From an uncultured Planctomycetia bacterium (GTDB lineage: Bacteria > Omnitrophota > Gorgyraeia > VGKH01 > JBHPFN01), in contig CAYOSQ010000009.1 of assembly GCA_964406665.1 (NCBI GenBank), positions 6,106-70,105 on the forward strand: 64,000 bases of DNA, in the 5' to 3' direction. A model generated the notes under the pieces. The model worked only from the letters and a program-made list of their open reading frames with translations, did no database searches and was not told the DNA's origin. Made by a program: the position numbers and the translations under genes. This document shows positions 8,547-19,019 of this stretch, piece after piece (position 1 is the first letter of the stretch; every line of letters begins with the position of its first letter).

Positions 8547-9884
8547 ATGGCTAAACAATTAACAAAGAAACAAAAGATTTTAAAGTTAGTAAAAGAAAAA
8601 GATGTAAAATTTATCAGGTTATGGTTTACGGATGTTCTTGGACAGGTTAAGAGTTTCTCAATTACCGATAGCGAATTGGAAAATGCGCTAGAAAGCGGCA
8701 TGGGCTTTGATGGTTCTTCAATTACAGGCTATCAGGATATTGAAGAGTCGGATATGATTGCTATGCCTGATCCTGATACCTTTGCGATTCTTCCCTGGAG
8801 GCCAAAGGAAAAGGCAGTGGCGCGTATGATCTGTGATGTGTTAACTCCTGATAGAAAGCCTTACGAAGGAGATCCGCGTTATGTATTAAAGAGAGCTTTA
8901 GAGCGGGCTAAAAAAATGGGATATGATCATTTCTACCTAGGGCCGGAGCTGGAGTTTTTCTATTTTAAAAAGGACGATGGTATTGAGATATTGGATAAGG
9001 GTGGATATTTTGATCTAACTACTCTCGATGTTGCCAGTGATCTAAGACGTGAGACTGTTTTAGCACTTGAGCAGATGGGAATTAATATTGAATATTCTCA
9101 TCACGAGGTTGCACCTTCACAGCATGAAGTAGATATGCGCTATAAAGATGCCTTGATTATGGCTGACAGCGTAATTACTTACAGGGTTGTGGTTAAAGAG
9201 ATCGCTAGTAAGTTCGGTGTGTATGCTACTTTTATGCCAAAGCCAATCTTCGGAGAGAACGGTTCAGGCATGCATGTACATCAGTCACTTTTTAAGGGAT
9301 CAAGGAATGCATTCTTTGATGTAAAGTCAAAAGACTTTTTATCAGACACAGCACGCAGATATATTGCAGGTCTCCTAAAGCATTCAAAAGAGATTTGTTC
9401 TATTTTTGCTCAGACAACTAACTCTTATAAGAGATTAGTTCCTGGATACGAGGCACCAGTTTACATTGCCTGGAGCCGTAGAAACAGAAGTGCGTTGGTC
9501 AGAGTTCCTCTGTATCATCCGGGACAAGAGAAGGCAACACGCTGTGAGTTTAGAGCCTGTGATCCGGCTTGTAATCCGTATCTTACCTTTGCCGCAATGT
9601 TACACGCTGGGTTAGATGGGATTGAAAAAGGATATAAAGTTCCTGCCCCTATGGAGCAGAATCTTTATCACTTAAGCGATACCGAGAGAAAGAAAAAAGG
9701 TATCCAGACATTGCCGGATAGCTTGGGACATGCAATTTCAATGACTGAGGAAAGTAATCTTGTAAGAAAAACATTGGGAGATCATATATTTCCTAGGTTT
9801 GTTGAGTTAAAGAAAAAAGAATGGGATGAATACAGAATTCAGGTTCCGCAGCATGAGCTTGATAAATATCTTTCTATTTTGTAA
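8547..9884 (+). CDS. glnA: Glutamine synthetase type I
   Basis: GFDGSS, GPELEF, HHEVAPSQHE, TFMPKP..NGSGMHVHQS, RLVPGYEAP; 445 aa. Confidence 0.97.
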   Translation: MAKQLTKKQKILKLVKEKDVKFIRLWFTDVLGQVKSFSITDSELENALESGMGFDGSSITGYQDIEESDMIAMPDPDTFAILPWRPKEKAVARMICDVLTPDRKPYEGDPRYVLKRALERAKKMGYDHFYLGPELEFFYFKKDDGIEILDKGGYFDLTTLDVASDLRRETVLALEQMGINIEYSHHEVAPSQHEVDMRYKDALIMADSVITYRVVVKEIASKFGVYATFMPKPIFGENGSGMHVHQSLFKGSRNAFFDVKSKDFLSDTARRYIAGLLKHSKEICSIFAQTTNSYKRLVPGYEAPVYIAWSRRNRSALVRVPLYHPGQEKATRCEFRACDPACNPYLTFAAMLHAGLDGIEKGYKVPAPMEQNLYHLSDTERKKKGIQTLPDSLGHAISMTEESNLVRKTLGDHIFPRFVELKKKEWDEYRIQVPQHELDKYLSIL

Positions 9885-9895
9885 TTGATAAGCTC

Positions 9896-9926
9896 GCGCT
9901 GTGGCTTTTTTAAAAAGCCACAGCGC
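9896..9926. other. Strong hairpin after glnA (terminator or stabiliser)
   Basis: GCGCTGTGGCTTTTT/AAAAAGCCACAGCGC inverted repeat; no clear T-tail. Confidence 0.5.
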
Positions 9927-9985
9927 ACTAAGGATTCCTTTACAATTTTTATGCCTGATATTTAGGCGGTTAAGGATTGAGAATA

Positions 9986-10249
9986 ATGCAGAAACATGCT
10001 CAAGAAATGACCAAAGAGTTGGAATTAAAAACAGCAATTGACAATATTGATGATTTTTTCTTAAAGAGTAAGCAGAAGGAGTTGTATAAATTTATTATCG
10101 AGACAGTTGAGAAGCCGCTTATTGAAAGGACACTTGAGAGAACATATGGTAATCAGATTAAAGCAGCGAAACTTTTAGGAATAAACAGAAATACCTTGCG
10201 CGATAAGATTAAAAGGCTCAAAATAGATGTTAATAAATGGAAGCTTTAA
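9986..10249 (+). CDS. Fis-family stand-alone HTH_8 DNA-binding protein
   Basis: [35 protein letters not shown] resembles the Fis/NtrC C-terminal HTH; start uncertain (TTG 9977 or ATG 9986). Confidence 0.85.
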   Translation: MQKHAQEMTKELELKTAIDNIDDFFLKSKQKELYKFIIETVEKPLIERTLERTYGNQIKAAKLLGINRNTLRDKIKRLKIDVNKWKL

Positions 10250-10401
10250 ACCCGGGTTTGCCATAGTTAAAATTTTTACTGGGCAGGCAAATCCGCCCGT
10301 AGGGCCGATACGGCGCGACAAGTTGCGACTATCGGGGTTAACCCTAGCTAGAAAGCGATTTATCTCGCCTTGGCGAGATAAAATTTGGGTAATATAAAAC
10401 A

Positions 10402-13400
10402 ATGAATAATCATTTTCCCAAAAAACAAGGATTGTACGATCCGTGCTTCGAGCATGATGCTTGCGGCGTAGGATTTATTTGCAATATCAAAGGCAATAAG
10501 TCTAACGAGATCGTCAATCAGGGTTTGAATATTTTAAAAAGATTAGCCCACCGCGGAGCTGTGGGAGCAGATCCTGAAACCGGTGATGGCGCAGGAATCT
10601 TAATTCAAACGCCGCATGCATTTTTCCAAAAAATTGCGCAACGTGAAGGAATTACTTTACCTGATGAAGGCTCATATGGAACTGGATTAATATTTTTACC
10701 CCCTGATAAAAAAGAGCGTGAGTTCTGTAAAGATGTATTCAAAAAGACAATTGAACAAGATGATCATACACTTCTTGGTTGGCGCAAGGTTCCAGTTGAT
10801 GATTCCTGTATCGGAAAGACTGCCAAAGCTACACAGCCAGTGATCGAGCAAATATTCATTAAGAAAAATGAGGCATTCAAAGAACAGCTTGCCTTTGAGC
10901 GCAGGCTCTATGTAATCAGAAGAATTGTTGAAAACACAATCAGTGCTTCAGATTTAAAACAAAAATCTTACTTTTATATTACAAATATTTCTTCGCGTAC
11001 ATTTTTGTATAAGGGTCTGCTTATGACCAATCAACTTGAGGATTTCTTTGTTGATCTTAAAGATAAAGATTTAAAGAGTGCTTTGTGCCTGGTGCACTCT
11101 CGTTATAGCACCAATACATTTCCTACCTGGGATTTATCTCAGCCGTTTCGTTTTCTAGCACACAACGGAGAGATTAATACTTTACGCGGCAACATCAATT
11201 GGATGAGGGCGAAAGAAGATTTATTATTTAGTCCTTTATTTGGAGATGATATTGAGCGGATAAAACCAATTGTAGTTCCCGGGGGAAGTGATTCTGCAAG
11301 CATTGATAACGCCTTTGAATTATTAGTGCTCTCAGGTAGATCTTTGCCTCACGTAATGATGATGCTTATTCCTTCAGCCTGGGAACAAAATCATTTGATG
11401 GATGAAAAGCAGAGAAAGTTTTATCAATATCATACTTGTTTAATGGAGCCTTGGGATGGGCCAGCTGCGATTGCATTTACTGATGGCTTGCGAATCGGCG
11501 CAGTGCTTGATAGAAACGGTCTTCGACCTGCCCGCTACATTGTCACTAAGCAAGATATGGTGGTTATGGCATCTGAGGTGGGAGTACTTGATATTAAGCC
11601 AGAAGACATTGCCTATTCTGGCAGGCTTGAGCCGGGAAAAATTTTCTTCATCGATACAAAAGAGGGTCGAATTATTGATGATAAAGAGATTAAAGATACA
11701 GTCTCAAGTCAGTGGCCTTATGATAAATGGCTTAAAGATTGTTTGATTGAGATAGAAAAATTACCTGCTCCGCAAGAAAAACAAAAACCTTCAGATGATG
11801 TTCTTACACAGTTGAAAGCCTTTGGTTATGCGCGTGAAGACCTAAGTGTTTTACTTGGACCTATGGCAGAAACCGGTCAAGAGCCAACAGGTTCAATGGG
11901 TAATGATACGCCACATGCAGTTTTGTCAAAGAGGCCGCAGCTACTTTATAGTTATTTTAAACAATTGTTTGCTCAGGTTACTAATCCTGCGATCGATCCT
12001 ATTCGGGAAGATCTGGTAATGAGTCTGGAATGTTATATGGGTTCTCGCAGGAATCTGCTTGATGAAACAGCTCAGCATTGTCATAAGGTGCGTTTAAAGC
12101 AGCCGGTTTTAACTAATAAAGAATTAGCAAAATTAAAATATATAAATGAAAGAGGTTTTAAAACCAGAACAATATCTCTACTATTTAAAGCAAAAGAAGA
12201 GAATGCATTCTCCCAAGCCCTGGAACGTATATCTAAAGAAGCTAAGGCAGCAATACAGGAAGGATGTTCTTTTGTGGTATTAAGTGACCGCGGTGTAAAC
12301 AAAGATTTTGCAGCCCTGCCAGCATTACTTGCAATTGGTACAGTGCATCAATATCTGGTTAAAGATACTTCGCGCTCCCAAATTGCAATTATTTTAGAAA
12401 GTGCAGAACCTAGAGAAGTACATCACTTTGCCGTGCTTTTTGGTTTTGGCGTAGGTTGTGTTAATCCTTATCTGGCATATGAATCTTTAGAATATCTTAT
12501 TAAAGAAAAAGATTTATCCCTTGATTTTAAAACAGCACAGAAAAATTACATCAAGGCAATAAATAAAGGGGTATTAAAGGTACTTTCAAAAATGGGAATA
12601 TCTACTTTACAGAGTTATCGCGGTGCCCAGATATTTGAAGCCTTGGGTTTAAATGATGAGATTATTGAGAAGTGTTTTAAAGGCACAGTATCGCGTATTG
12701 GCGGTGCAGGGATTGATGTCATAGAAAAAGAAACAATGCTTCGCCACCAAGAGGCGTTTCCCCTTCGGGGAAACGACGACGTGGGGTTTCTCCCCACAGG
12801 TGGGGTTTATCAGTGGAAAAGAGACGGAGAGTTTCATCTTTGGAACCCTGAGAGCATATCAGCTTTGCAGGATGCCACTAGGTTTAATGATTACCAGCTT
12901 TATAAAAAATTCGCTAGGTTTTTTAATGATCAATCAAGCCAGCCCACAACTTTGCGTAGCCTTCTGGAATTTAAGCAAACCAAACCTATTTCTATTGATA
13001 AAGTAGAGCCGGTTGAGAGTATATTCAAGCGTTTTGCTACAGGGGCAATGAGCTTTGGTTCAATCTCTCGTGGTGCACACGAGACCTTAGCCATTGCTAT
13101 GAATAGAATCGGGGGAAAATCCAATACAGGAGAAGGCGGGGAAGACCCAGAGCGTTTTAAAACATTGCCCAGTGGAGATTCTGCCCGCAGCGCTATAAAG
13201 CAGGTGGCATCCGGAAGATTCGGTGCTACAACTAATTATTTAGTAAATGCAGATGAAATTCAAATAAAGATTGCTCAGGGTGCTAAGCCCGGTGAAGGCG
13301 GCCAACTTCCCGGGCATAAGGTAAGTGAAATTATTGCCCGGACAAGACACACTACACCCGGGGTTACTTTAATTTCACCTCCGCCGCATCATGATATTTA

Positions 13401-14928
13401 TTCAATTGAAGATTTAGCCCAGCTTATCTTTGATTTAAAGAATGCCAATCCTAAAGCACGCATAAGTGTAAAGCTGGTTTCAGAAATAGGTGTGGGAACA
13501 GTTGCTGCAGGCGTGGCCAAAGGCCACGCAGACATGATTTTAATCTCTGGTGCAGACGGCGGAACAGGTGCGTCACCGAGAAGTTCTATTATGTATGCGG
13601 GCCTGCCTTGGGAATTAGGTCTTGCGGAGACTCATCAGACATTAGTTTTAAATAATTTACGTAGCCGTGTGCGTCTGCAAACCGATGGTCAGATGCGTAC
13701 CGGCCGAGATGTTGCCATCGCTGCAATTTTAGGCGCTGAGGAGTTTGGTTTTTGTACCTGTGCATTAGTTATTTCCGGATGTGTTATGTTAAGACATTGC
13801 CATCTGAATAATTGTTCTGTGGGAGTTGCCACTCAGGATGAAGTCTTAGAGAAAAGATTCAAAGGAAAGCCTGAGTACGTAGTAAATTATTTTCATTTTG
13901 TTGCCCAGGAATTAAGAGAGGTTATGGCACAGCTGGGAATAAGGCGCGTGGAAGATTTAGTGGGTAGAACAGATTTAATTAAAGTAAATCAGGAGATTGT
14001 CCCCTGGAAGGCAAAAGGGATTGATTATTCCCGGATTCTTTACAAGCCCAAAGTAGATAAGAAAGTTGGGGTTTATTGCACGCAGGCGCAGGATCACGGA
14101 ATCGAAAGTGTGTTGGATAAAAAATTAATTAAGTCTGCTAAGCCGGCGTTGGAAAAATCCCAGCCGGTAACAATTGAATCAGAAATAAAAAATAATAACC
14201 GCACCACAGGAACAATGTTAAGCGGTGAGGTTTGTAAAAAGTTTGGTGAGCAGGGCCTGCCTGAAGATACTATAAGATGTAAATTTACCGGAGTGGCTGG
14301 GCAGAGTTTTGGCGCCTGGTTGGCTAAGGGTGTGACTTTTGAACTCGAAGGTATGGCTAATGATTATATCGGAAAAGGTATCTTCGGTGGAAAGATTATT
14401 GTTTACCCCAGTTCAAAAGCCGATTATTCACCGCAGGATAATATTATTATAGGTAATACTACCTTTTACGGTGCAATAACAGGCCAGGCATATATCCGGG
14501 GATTAGCCGGAGAAAGATTTTGCATCCGTAATTCCGGATTACACGCAGTTGTTGAAGGTGTTGGCGATCACGGTTGTGAATATATGACTGGGGGCAGAGT
14601 GGTAGTATTAGGTAAAACCGGGAGGAATTTTGCCGCCGGCATGTCCGGAGGTATTGCTTATGTGTATGATACAGATAATACATTTAAAGAAAAATGCAAT
14701 ATGGGAATGGTCGAGCTAGAAGAGCTTTTGGAGGAAGATAGAGAGACAATTATTAGTTTGGTCAATAACCATTACAACTATACAAAGAGCGAAGTTGCAA
14801 AGAATGTTTTAGATAATCATACAAGCGAATTAGAAAAATTCGTCAAAGTTATGCCTATTGAATATAAGCGGGTGTTAGAAGGTTTGAAAGTGAAGAAGTC
14901 AAAATCAGATGAGGTTTCTGACGGTTAA
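10402..14928 (+). CDS. gltB: Glutamate synthase large subunit
   Basis: EHDACGVGF Ntn Cys, HSRYSTNT, EPWDGPA, KIAQGAKPGEGG, GDHGCEYMTGG; 1508 aa. Confidence 0.98.
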   Translation: MNNHFPKKQGLYDPCFEHDACGVGFICNIKGNKSNEIVNQGLNILKRLAHRGAVGADPETGDGAGILIQTPHAFFQKIAQREGITLPDEGSYGTGLIFLPPDKKEREFCKDVFKKTIEQDDHTLLGWRKVPVDDSCIGKTAKATQPVIEQIFIKKNEAFKEQLAFERRLYVIRRIVENTISASDLKQKSYFYITNISSRTFLYKGLLMTNQLEDFFVDLKDKDLKSALCLVHSRYSTNTFPTWDLSQPFRFLAHNGEINTLRGNINWMRAKEDLLFSPLFGDDIERIKPIVVPGGSDSASIDNAFELLVLSGRSLPHVMMMLIPSAWEQNHLMDEKQRKFYQYHTCLMEPWDGPAAIAFTDGLRIGAVLDRNGLRPARYIVTKQDMVVMASEVGVLDIKPEDIAYSGRLEPGKIFFIDTKEGRIIDDKEIKDTVSSQWPYDKWLKDCLIEIEKLPAPQEKQKPSDDVLTQLKAFGYAREDLSVLLGPMAETGQEPTGSMGNDTPHAVLSKRPQLLYSYFKQLFAQVTNPAIDPIREDLVMSLECYMGSRRNLLDETAQHCHKVRLKQPVLTNKELAKLKYINERGFKTRTISLLFKAKEENAFSQALERISKEAKAAIQEGCSFVVLSDRGVNKDFAALPALLAIGTVHQYLVKDTSRSQIAIILESAEPREVHHFAVLFGFGVGCVNPYLAYESLEYLIKEKDLSLDFKTAQKNYIKAINKGVLKVLSKMGISTLQSYRGAQIFEALGLNDEIIEKCFKGTVSRIGGAGIDVIEKETMLRHQEAFPLRGNDDVGFLPTGGVYQWKRDGEFHLWNPESISALQDATRFNDYQLYKKFARFFNDQSSQPTTLRSLLEFKQTKPISIDKVEPVESIFKRFATGAMSFGSISRGAHETLAIAMNRIGGKSNTGEGGEDPERFKTLPSGDSARSAIKQVASGRFGATTNYLVNADEIQIKIAQGAKPGEGGQLPGHKVSEIIARTRHTTPGVTLISPPPHHDIYSIEDLAQLIFDLKNANPKARISVKLVSEIGVGTVAAGVAKGHADMILISGADGGTGASPRSSIMYAGLPWELGLAETHQTLVLNNLRSRVRLQTDGQMRTGRDVAIAAILGAEEFGFCTCALVISGCVMLRHCHLNNCSVGVATQDEVLEKRFKGKPEYVVNYFHFVAQELREVMAQLGIRRVEDLVGRTDLIKVNQEIVPWKAKGIDYSRILYKPKVDKKVGVYCTQAQDHGIESVLDKKLIKSAKPALEKSQPVTIESEIKNNNRTTGTMLSGEVCKKFGEQGLPEDTIRCKFTGVAGQSFGAWLAKGVTFELEGMANDYIGKGIFGGKIIVYPSSKADYSPQDNIIIGNTTFYGAITGQAYIRGLAGERFCIRNSGLHAVVEGVGDHGCEYMTGGRVVVLGKTGRNFAAGMSGGIAYVYDTDNTFKEKCNMGMVELEELLEEDRETIISLVNNHYNYTKSEVAKNVLDNHTSELEKFVKVMPIEYKRVLEGLKVKKSKSDEVSDG

Positions 14929-14939
14929 GGGAATGAACA

Positions 14940-16367
14940 ATGGCTGATCCTAGAGGTTTCCTAAAATTTAAAAGAAAAAAATCTGCCTACCGTCCTGTAA
15001 AAGAACGTGTGGCTGATTATAAAGAAGCCAGTATTCTGCGCCTTGAAGATAGTTCTAAAGAACAGGCCTCACGCTGTATGGATTGCGGTACGCCATTTTG
15101 CCATTGGGGCTGTCCTATCGGTAACCATATCCCCGAGTGGAATAACCTTATGTTTCAGGGAAAGTGGGAAAAGGCATTTCAGCTGCTTGATGCTACAAAT
15201 AATATGCCGGAGATTACCGGCAGGCTTTGCCCTGCATTGTGTGAATATGCCTGTGTCTTAGGAATTAATGATGATGCTATAACCATAAGAGAAAATGAGC
15301 TCGATGTTATTGAGCTTGCATTTAAACATGGTTTGATTAAACCCAGGCCGCCGAAGCAACGTACAGGCAAACGTGTTGCAGTTGTAGGTTCTGGGCCGGC
15401 AGGATTATCTTGTGCAGCCCAGCTTAACAAAGCCGGACACAATGTTGTTGTATTTGAGAAGTCTGCCAAAGTCGGCGGAATTTTGAGATACGGCATTCCT
15501 GATTTTAAACTGGATAAAAAAATAATCGATAGGCGTCTTAAGCTTTGGCAGAAAGAAGGCATTGAATTCAAGACTTCTGTTGAGGTAGGCGAAGATTATC
15601 CTAGCAAAAAACTCTTAGATGAATTTGATGCTGTGTGTTTAACAGGTGGCAGTTCTGTGCCACGAGATCTTAATATCGAGGGAAGGGAATTAGCCGGCAT
15701 TCATTTTGCTATGGATTATTTGGTTCAATCAAACCAACGCGTGGCAGGTGAAAAGATCCCTAAGGATAATCTTATTGATGCCCAGGATAAAAAAGTTGTG
15801 ATTATCGGCGGTGGAGATACGGGCGCAGATTGTGTGGGGACTGCCAATAGGCAGGGTGCCAGCAAGATAGTGCAACTTGAAGTATTGCCTAAGCCGCCAG
15901 TCGATCGCACGGATGATTTCCCTTGGCCAACATACCCAATGTTGCTTAAAACCTCTACTTCACATGAAGAAGGCGCAGATAGACAATGGAGTATTCTGAC
16001 TAAGAAGTTTTCCGGTGAGGGTGTTAAGGTTGAAAAACTTCATTGTATTCAAGTTGAGTTTGGGCCAGAAAAGGATGCACACAATCGCCCTATTATGAAA
16101 GAGGTAAAGGGCAGTGAGTTTGAGATTGAGGCAGACTTAGTTATTCTGGCAGTTGGATTTATTCATCCCCAACATGGAGGCCTGCTTAATCAGCTTGGGT
16201 TAGAGTTTGATGTTAGGGGTAATGTAAAGACAGACGAAGATTTTCAAACTTCCAAAAAGAAAATCTTCTGTGCAGGAGATATGAGAAGAGGCCAATCACT
16301 TATTGTTTGGGCGGTGTATGAAGGCCGCGAGGCTGCTAGGGCGATAGATGGTTATCTCAGCAAGTAG
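14940..16367 (+). CDS. gltD: Glutamate synthase small subunit
   Basis: RCMDCGTPFC, GSGPAG, GGGDTGADC, GDMRRGQSLIVWA. Confidence 0.98.
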   Translation: MADPRGFLKFKRKKSAYRPVKERVADYKEASILRLEDSSKEQASRCMDCGTPFCHWGCPIGNHIPEWNNLMFQGKWEKAFQLLDATNNMPEITGRLCPALCEYACVLGINDDAITIRENELDVIELAFKHGLIKPRPPKQRTGKRVAVVGSGPAGLSCAAQLNKAGHNVVVFEKSAKVGGILRYGIPDFKLDKKIIDRRLKLWQKEGIEFKTSVEVGEDYPSKKLLDEFDAVCLTGGSSVPRDLNIEGRELAGIHFAMDYLVQSNQRVAGEKIPKDNLIDAQDKKVVIIGGGDTGADCVGTANRQGASKIVQLEVLPKPPVDRTDDFPWPTYPMLLKTSTSHEEGADRQWSILTKKFSGEGVKVEKLHCIQVEFGPEKDAHNRPIMKEVKGSEFEIEADLVILAVGFIHPQHGGLLNQLGLEFDVRGNVKTDEDFQTSKKKIFCAGDMRRGQSLIVWAVYEGREAARAIDGYLSK

Positions 16368-16395
16368 GTGAAGCGTGAGAGTCAGTCGATTCAAT

Positions 16396-16431
16396 AGCCC
16401 GCTAAACTGTATTGTTTAGCGGGCTTTCTTA
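16396..16431 (+). terminator. Intrinsic terminator after gltD
   Basis: AGCCCGCTAAAC/GTTTAGCGGGCT stem then TTCTT. Confidence 0.75.
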
Positions 16432-16536
16432 TTGAATTGACAGTCCTCGCGCAACCTTAAATAGAGAAGGTGCGAGGGTTTGACAAAGGCAGAATTTAGA
16501 GTTAAGATAGGGGTTACTTGCCTATTAGAGGAAACT

Positions 16537-16911
16537 ATGAATAAAGCCCTATCATTTCTAAAAACAGTCCTTGATAAGTTAATTTATCTTATAAGAGCGC
16601 TAGCTGGCGCTGCAGCGATTCTTGCCATTATTTTTGGAGCTTTTGCATTTAGCGATAATGAATATAAAACAGGTGCATTGCAAATATTGGTTGGAGCGCT
16701 TTTGTTTTTATTTTTCTCAGGCAATATCCGTAAGCCTATGTACTTATTGGTTATGTTGGTTATGATGGTTGTATTAGTTGCTGCCTACTATGTCGACATA
16801 TATTTTGTCGGCAAGGACGGAACAACGTTGCTTATACTATTAGTCGCCCTACCGCTGTTTACGTTTTTGACAGTGAAGAAAATAGATAGGCATTATAAAA
16901 ATGGCTGTTAA
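16537..16911 (+). CDS. Hypothetical membrane protein (about 4 TM)
   Basis: Hydrophobic segments; GAGG before ATG 16537. Confidence 0.6.
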   Translation: MNKALSFLKTVLDKLIYLIRALAGAAAILAIIFGAFAFSDNEYKTGALQILVGALLFLFFSGNIRKPMYLLVMLVMMVVLVAAYYVDIYFVGKDGTTLLILLVALPLFTFLTVKKIDRHYKNGC

Positions 16912-16959
16912 TTCTAATTGTATTGCCTCGACTAGTAGATATAACATTTATCAATTTGC

Positions 16960-16990
16960 TTGACAAATGATATAACATATGTTATATATT
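16960..16990 (+). promoter_or_regulatory. Promoter with palindromic operator for the XRE-Fic gene
   Basis: TTGACA 16960-16965; perfect 18-bp palindrome ATATAACATATGTTATAT 16970-16987. Confidence 0.55.
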
Positions 16991-17002
16991 ATATAGATAA
17001 AT

Positions 17003-17929
17003 ATGGGAAACTATATAAGACAAATTAAACAGATCAAAGAGAAAACCGGCTGGACTCAAGGTCAATTAGCTGATGAGCTGGGCGTTTCTTTTGCTACTAT
17101 TAATCGTTGGCTCAATAAACACGCAAAGCCGCAGCCTTCACGCCTTAAATTAATTACAAGAATATTCCAGGATATGGTGGGGATTCAGCCTGTCCCGCAA
17201 AAGGAATTAGAGCGGCTTATTAAGAATATTGAATCTTTAAAGAAGAAGTTTAAAGATATAAGAAAATGTATCGTTGGAGATCAAGACCTTCTTGGTGATT
17301 TTTTAATCGAGCTTACCTATAATAGCAATGCCATTGAAGGTAGCCGTATGAGCAAGGCTAATACCAAGGCCATAATTCAGGATAAATCCCTGATTAAAGA
17401 TAGAACCCTTATTGAGCATCTGGAGGTAAAAAATCACGAATCAGTTTTAAGAAAAGTATTAACCGGCGAGATTAAAGGTCCTATTGCAGAAAGCCTTATT
17501 CTTAAGATGCATGCTCAGCTTATGCAGGGAATAATTGCTGATGCTGGATCATATCGCAAAAACTGGATTAAGATTACTGGAGTAGATTTGGTCTTGCCAG
17601 CTCCTGAAGATATAAAAGAAGAAATGGCTGACTTTTTTAAAAAGATAAATAGGCCAGCTGGTGATTCTTTGCAACATATTGCTAGGATGCATTATGAATT
17701 TGAGGCTATCCATCCATTTTCTGACGGAAACGGGAGGTTAGGCAGGCTGATTATAACTATTATGTTGCTGGATAAAAACTTTGCACCGGCAATAGTAAAG
17801 ATAGAAGACAGAAGCCGCTACTATGAAGTTTTGGATTATGCCAATAGAAAAGAAGGTACTTATTTAGTTAAGTTTATTCTTGAAAGTGTCTTGTCAGGAT
17901 TTAGATTGTTAAAATTGCGACAGCCGTAG
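17003..17929 (+). CDS. XRE-HTH + Fic domain protein (class II Fic)
   Basis: WTQGQLADELGVSFATINRW HTH; SNAIEG inhibitory motif; HPFSDGNGRLGR. Confidence 0.92.
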   Translation: MGNYIRQIKQIKEKTGWTQGQLADELGVSFATINRWLNKHAKPQPSRLKLITRIFQDMVGIQPVPQKELERLIKNIESLKKKFKDIRKCIVGDQDLLGDFLIELTYNSNAIEGSRMSKANTKAIIQDKSLIKDRTLIEHLEVKNHESVLRKVLTGEIKGPIAESLILKMHAQLMQGIIADAGSYRKNWIKITGVDLVLPAPEDIKEEMADFFKKINRPAGDSLQHIARMHYEFEAIHPFSDGNGRLGRLIITIMLLDKNFAPAIVKIEDRSRYYEVLDYANRKEGTYLVKFILESVLSGFRLLKLRQP

Positions 17930-18214
17930 ATAATTTTTACTATAAAGAAGGTGGATGGGTGGTATAGGGGGAAGGGCGCATAAATTGCAAATGTAGATGT
18001 ATCTTCTAAAATCTCTATACCATGTGATGTGGCTAATACTTAAAAAAAGTACAATATATTGTATTCTTCTACTTGACAAATAAGAGAATTTGTTGTAAGA
18101 TTAACACTCATCATAGAAGCAAACCCCACGTTATCATTAGCAACACCGTATTTATTTACTGCAATTATATTATTATTTCATATCAAGTTATAAGCTTTCA
18201 AAAGGAGATCATGT

Positions 18215-19000
18215 ATGGACAAGACATGCTTAGTTTATATTCACGGCGTACAGCCGGATTTGAAGACGGAAGCTCGTGGTTATTCTAAGGAGTTTCATAA
18301 AAAGATATTAGAAGAGCTGCAGAGGTTAGGCAAGGATGTATCTAAGGTAAGGCGTTTCGAAGTAAGTTGGTCGAATATTACTATTGGATTTAAAAGAAAA
18401 TTAGCGCAGTTACAATTTGATGCAAATCCTGAATTAGGATTTAAAAGAAGACAAGGTTTTCTAAGCGGCGCTTTGCGTAATTTTATTTATCCGGCAGTTA
18501 TTGATATTCTTTTTTATGTAAAAAACAAAGGTAGCGCTAATGCACCGGGTGAAATGGTAATTTTAGAGAGACTTCATAATGCTGTAAAGAAAGCAAAGGC
18601 TAAAGGGTTTAAGAAAGTTGTTATCTTTGCACATTCCTTAGGCACTGTCGCAGCTTATGATTATGTATTCCGTTTTCGGGAAAAATACGCCTTTCCAAAA
18701 AATCTGGAATTAACCGCCTTGGTTACGTTCGGTAGCCCGATATCGCTTTTTGCATCCGGTATGGGGCATCCTATGTCTAGCAAAATCAAGCGACCGAAAA
18801 ACGTCAAGAAATGGTTAAATCTTTGGGATCCGCATGATGGTGTGTCCGGAAGGTGCGAACCACATTTTCCCAAAAATTTTGCTAAAGGATTTTTAAAAGA
18901 TGTGCTAGTTGATACTGGCTTAACTCCCCTAAGAGCTCATCAACGCTATTGGAGTCATAAAAGAGTAATTCGAAAAATGGCAGAGGAGTTAGCGAGGTAG
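18215..19000 (+). CDS. Alpha/beta-hydrolase (lipase/phospholipase-like)
   Basis: IHG oxyanion region, AHSLG nucleophile elbow, VTFGSP, candidate Asp and C-terminal His (AHQRYW). Confidence 0.7.
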   Translation: MDKTCLVYIHGVQPDLKTEARGYSKEFHKKILEELQRLGKDVSKVRRFEVSWSNITIGFKRKLAQLQFDANPELGFKRRQGFLSGALRNFIYPAVIDILFYVKNKGSANAPGEMVILERLHNAVKKAKAKGFKKVVIFAHSLGTVAAYDYVFRFREKYAFPKNLELTALVTFGSPISLFASGMGHPMSSKIKRPKNVKKWLNLWDPHDGVSGRCEPHFPKNFAKGFLKDVLVDTGLTPLRAHQRYWSHKRVIRKMAEELAR

Positions 19001-19019
19001 AGAGAAAGAAGGTAAGTAC

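Noticed and set aside
10283-10345. c-di-GMP-I riboswitch upstream of gltB
   Set aside because: GGCAAA is present but the GAAA-tetraloop stem and GCAAAG core are missing
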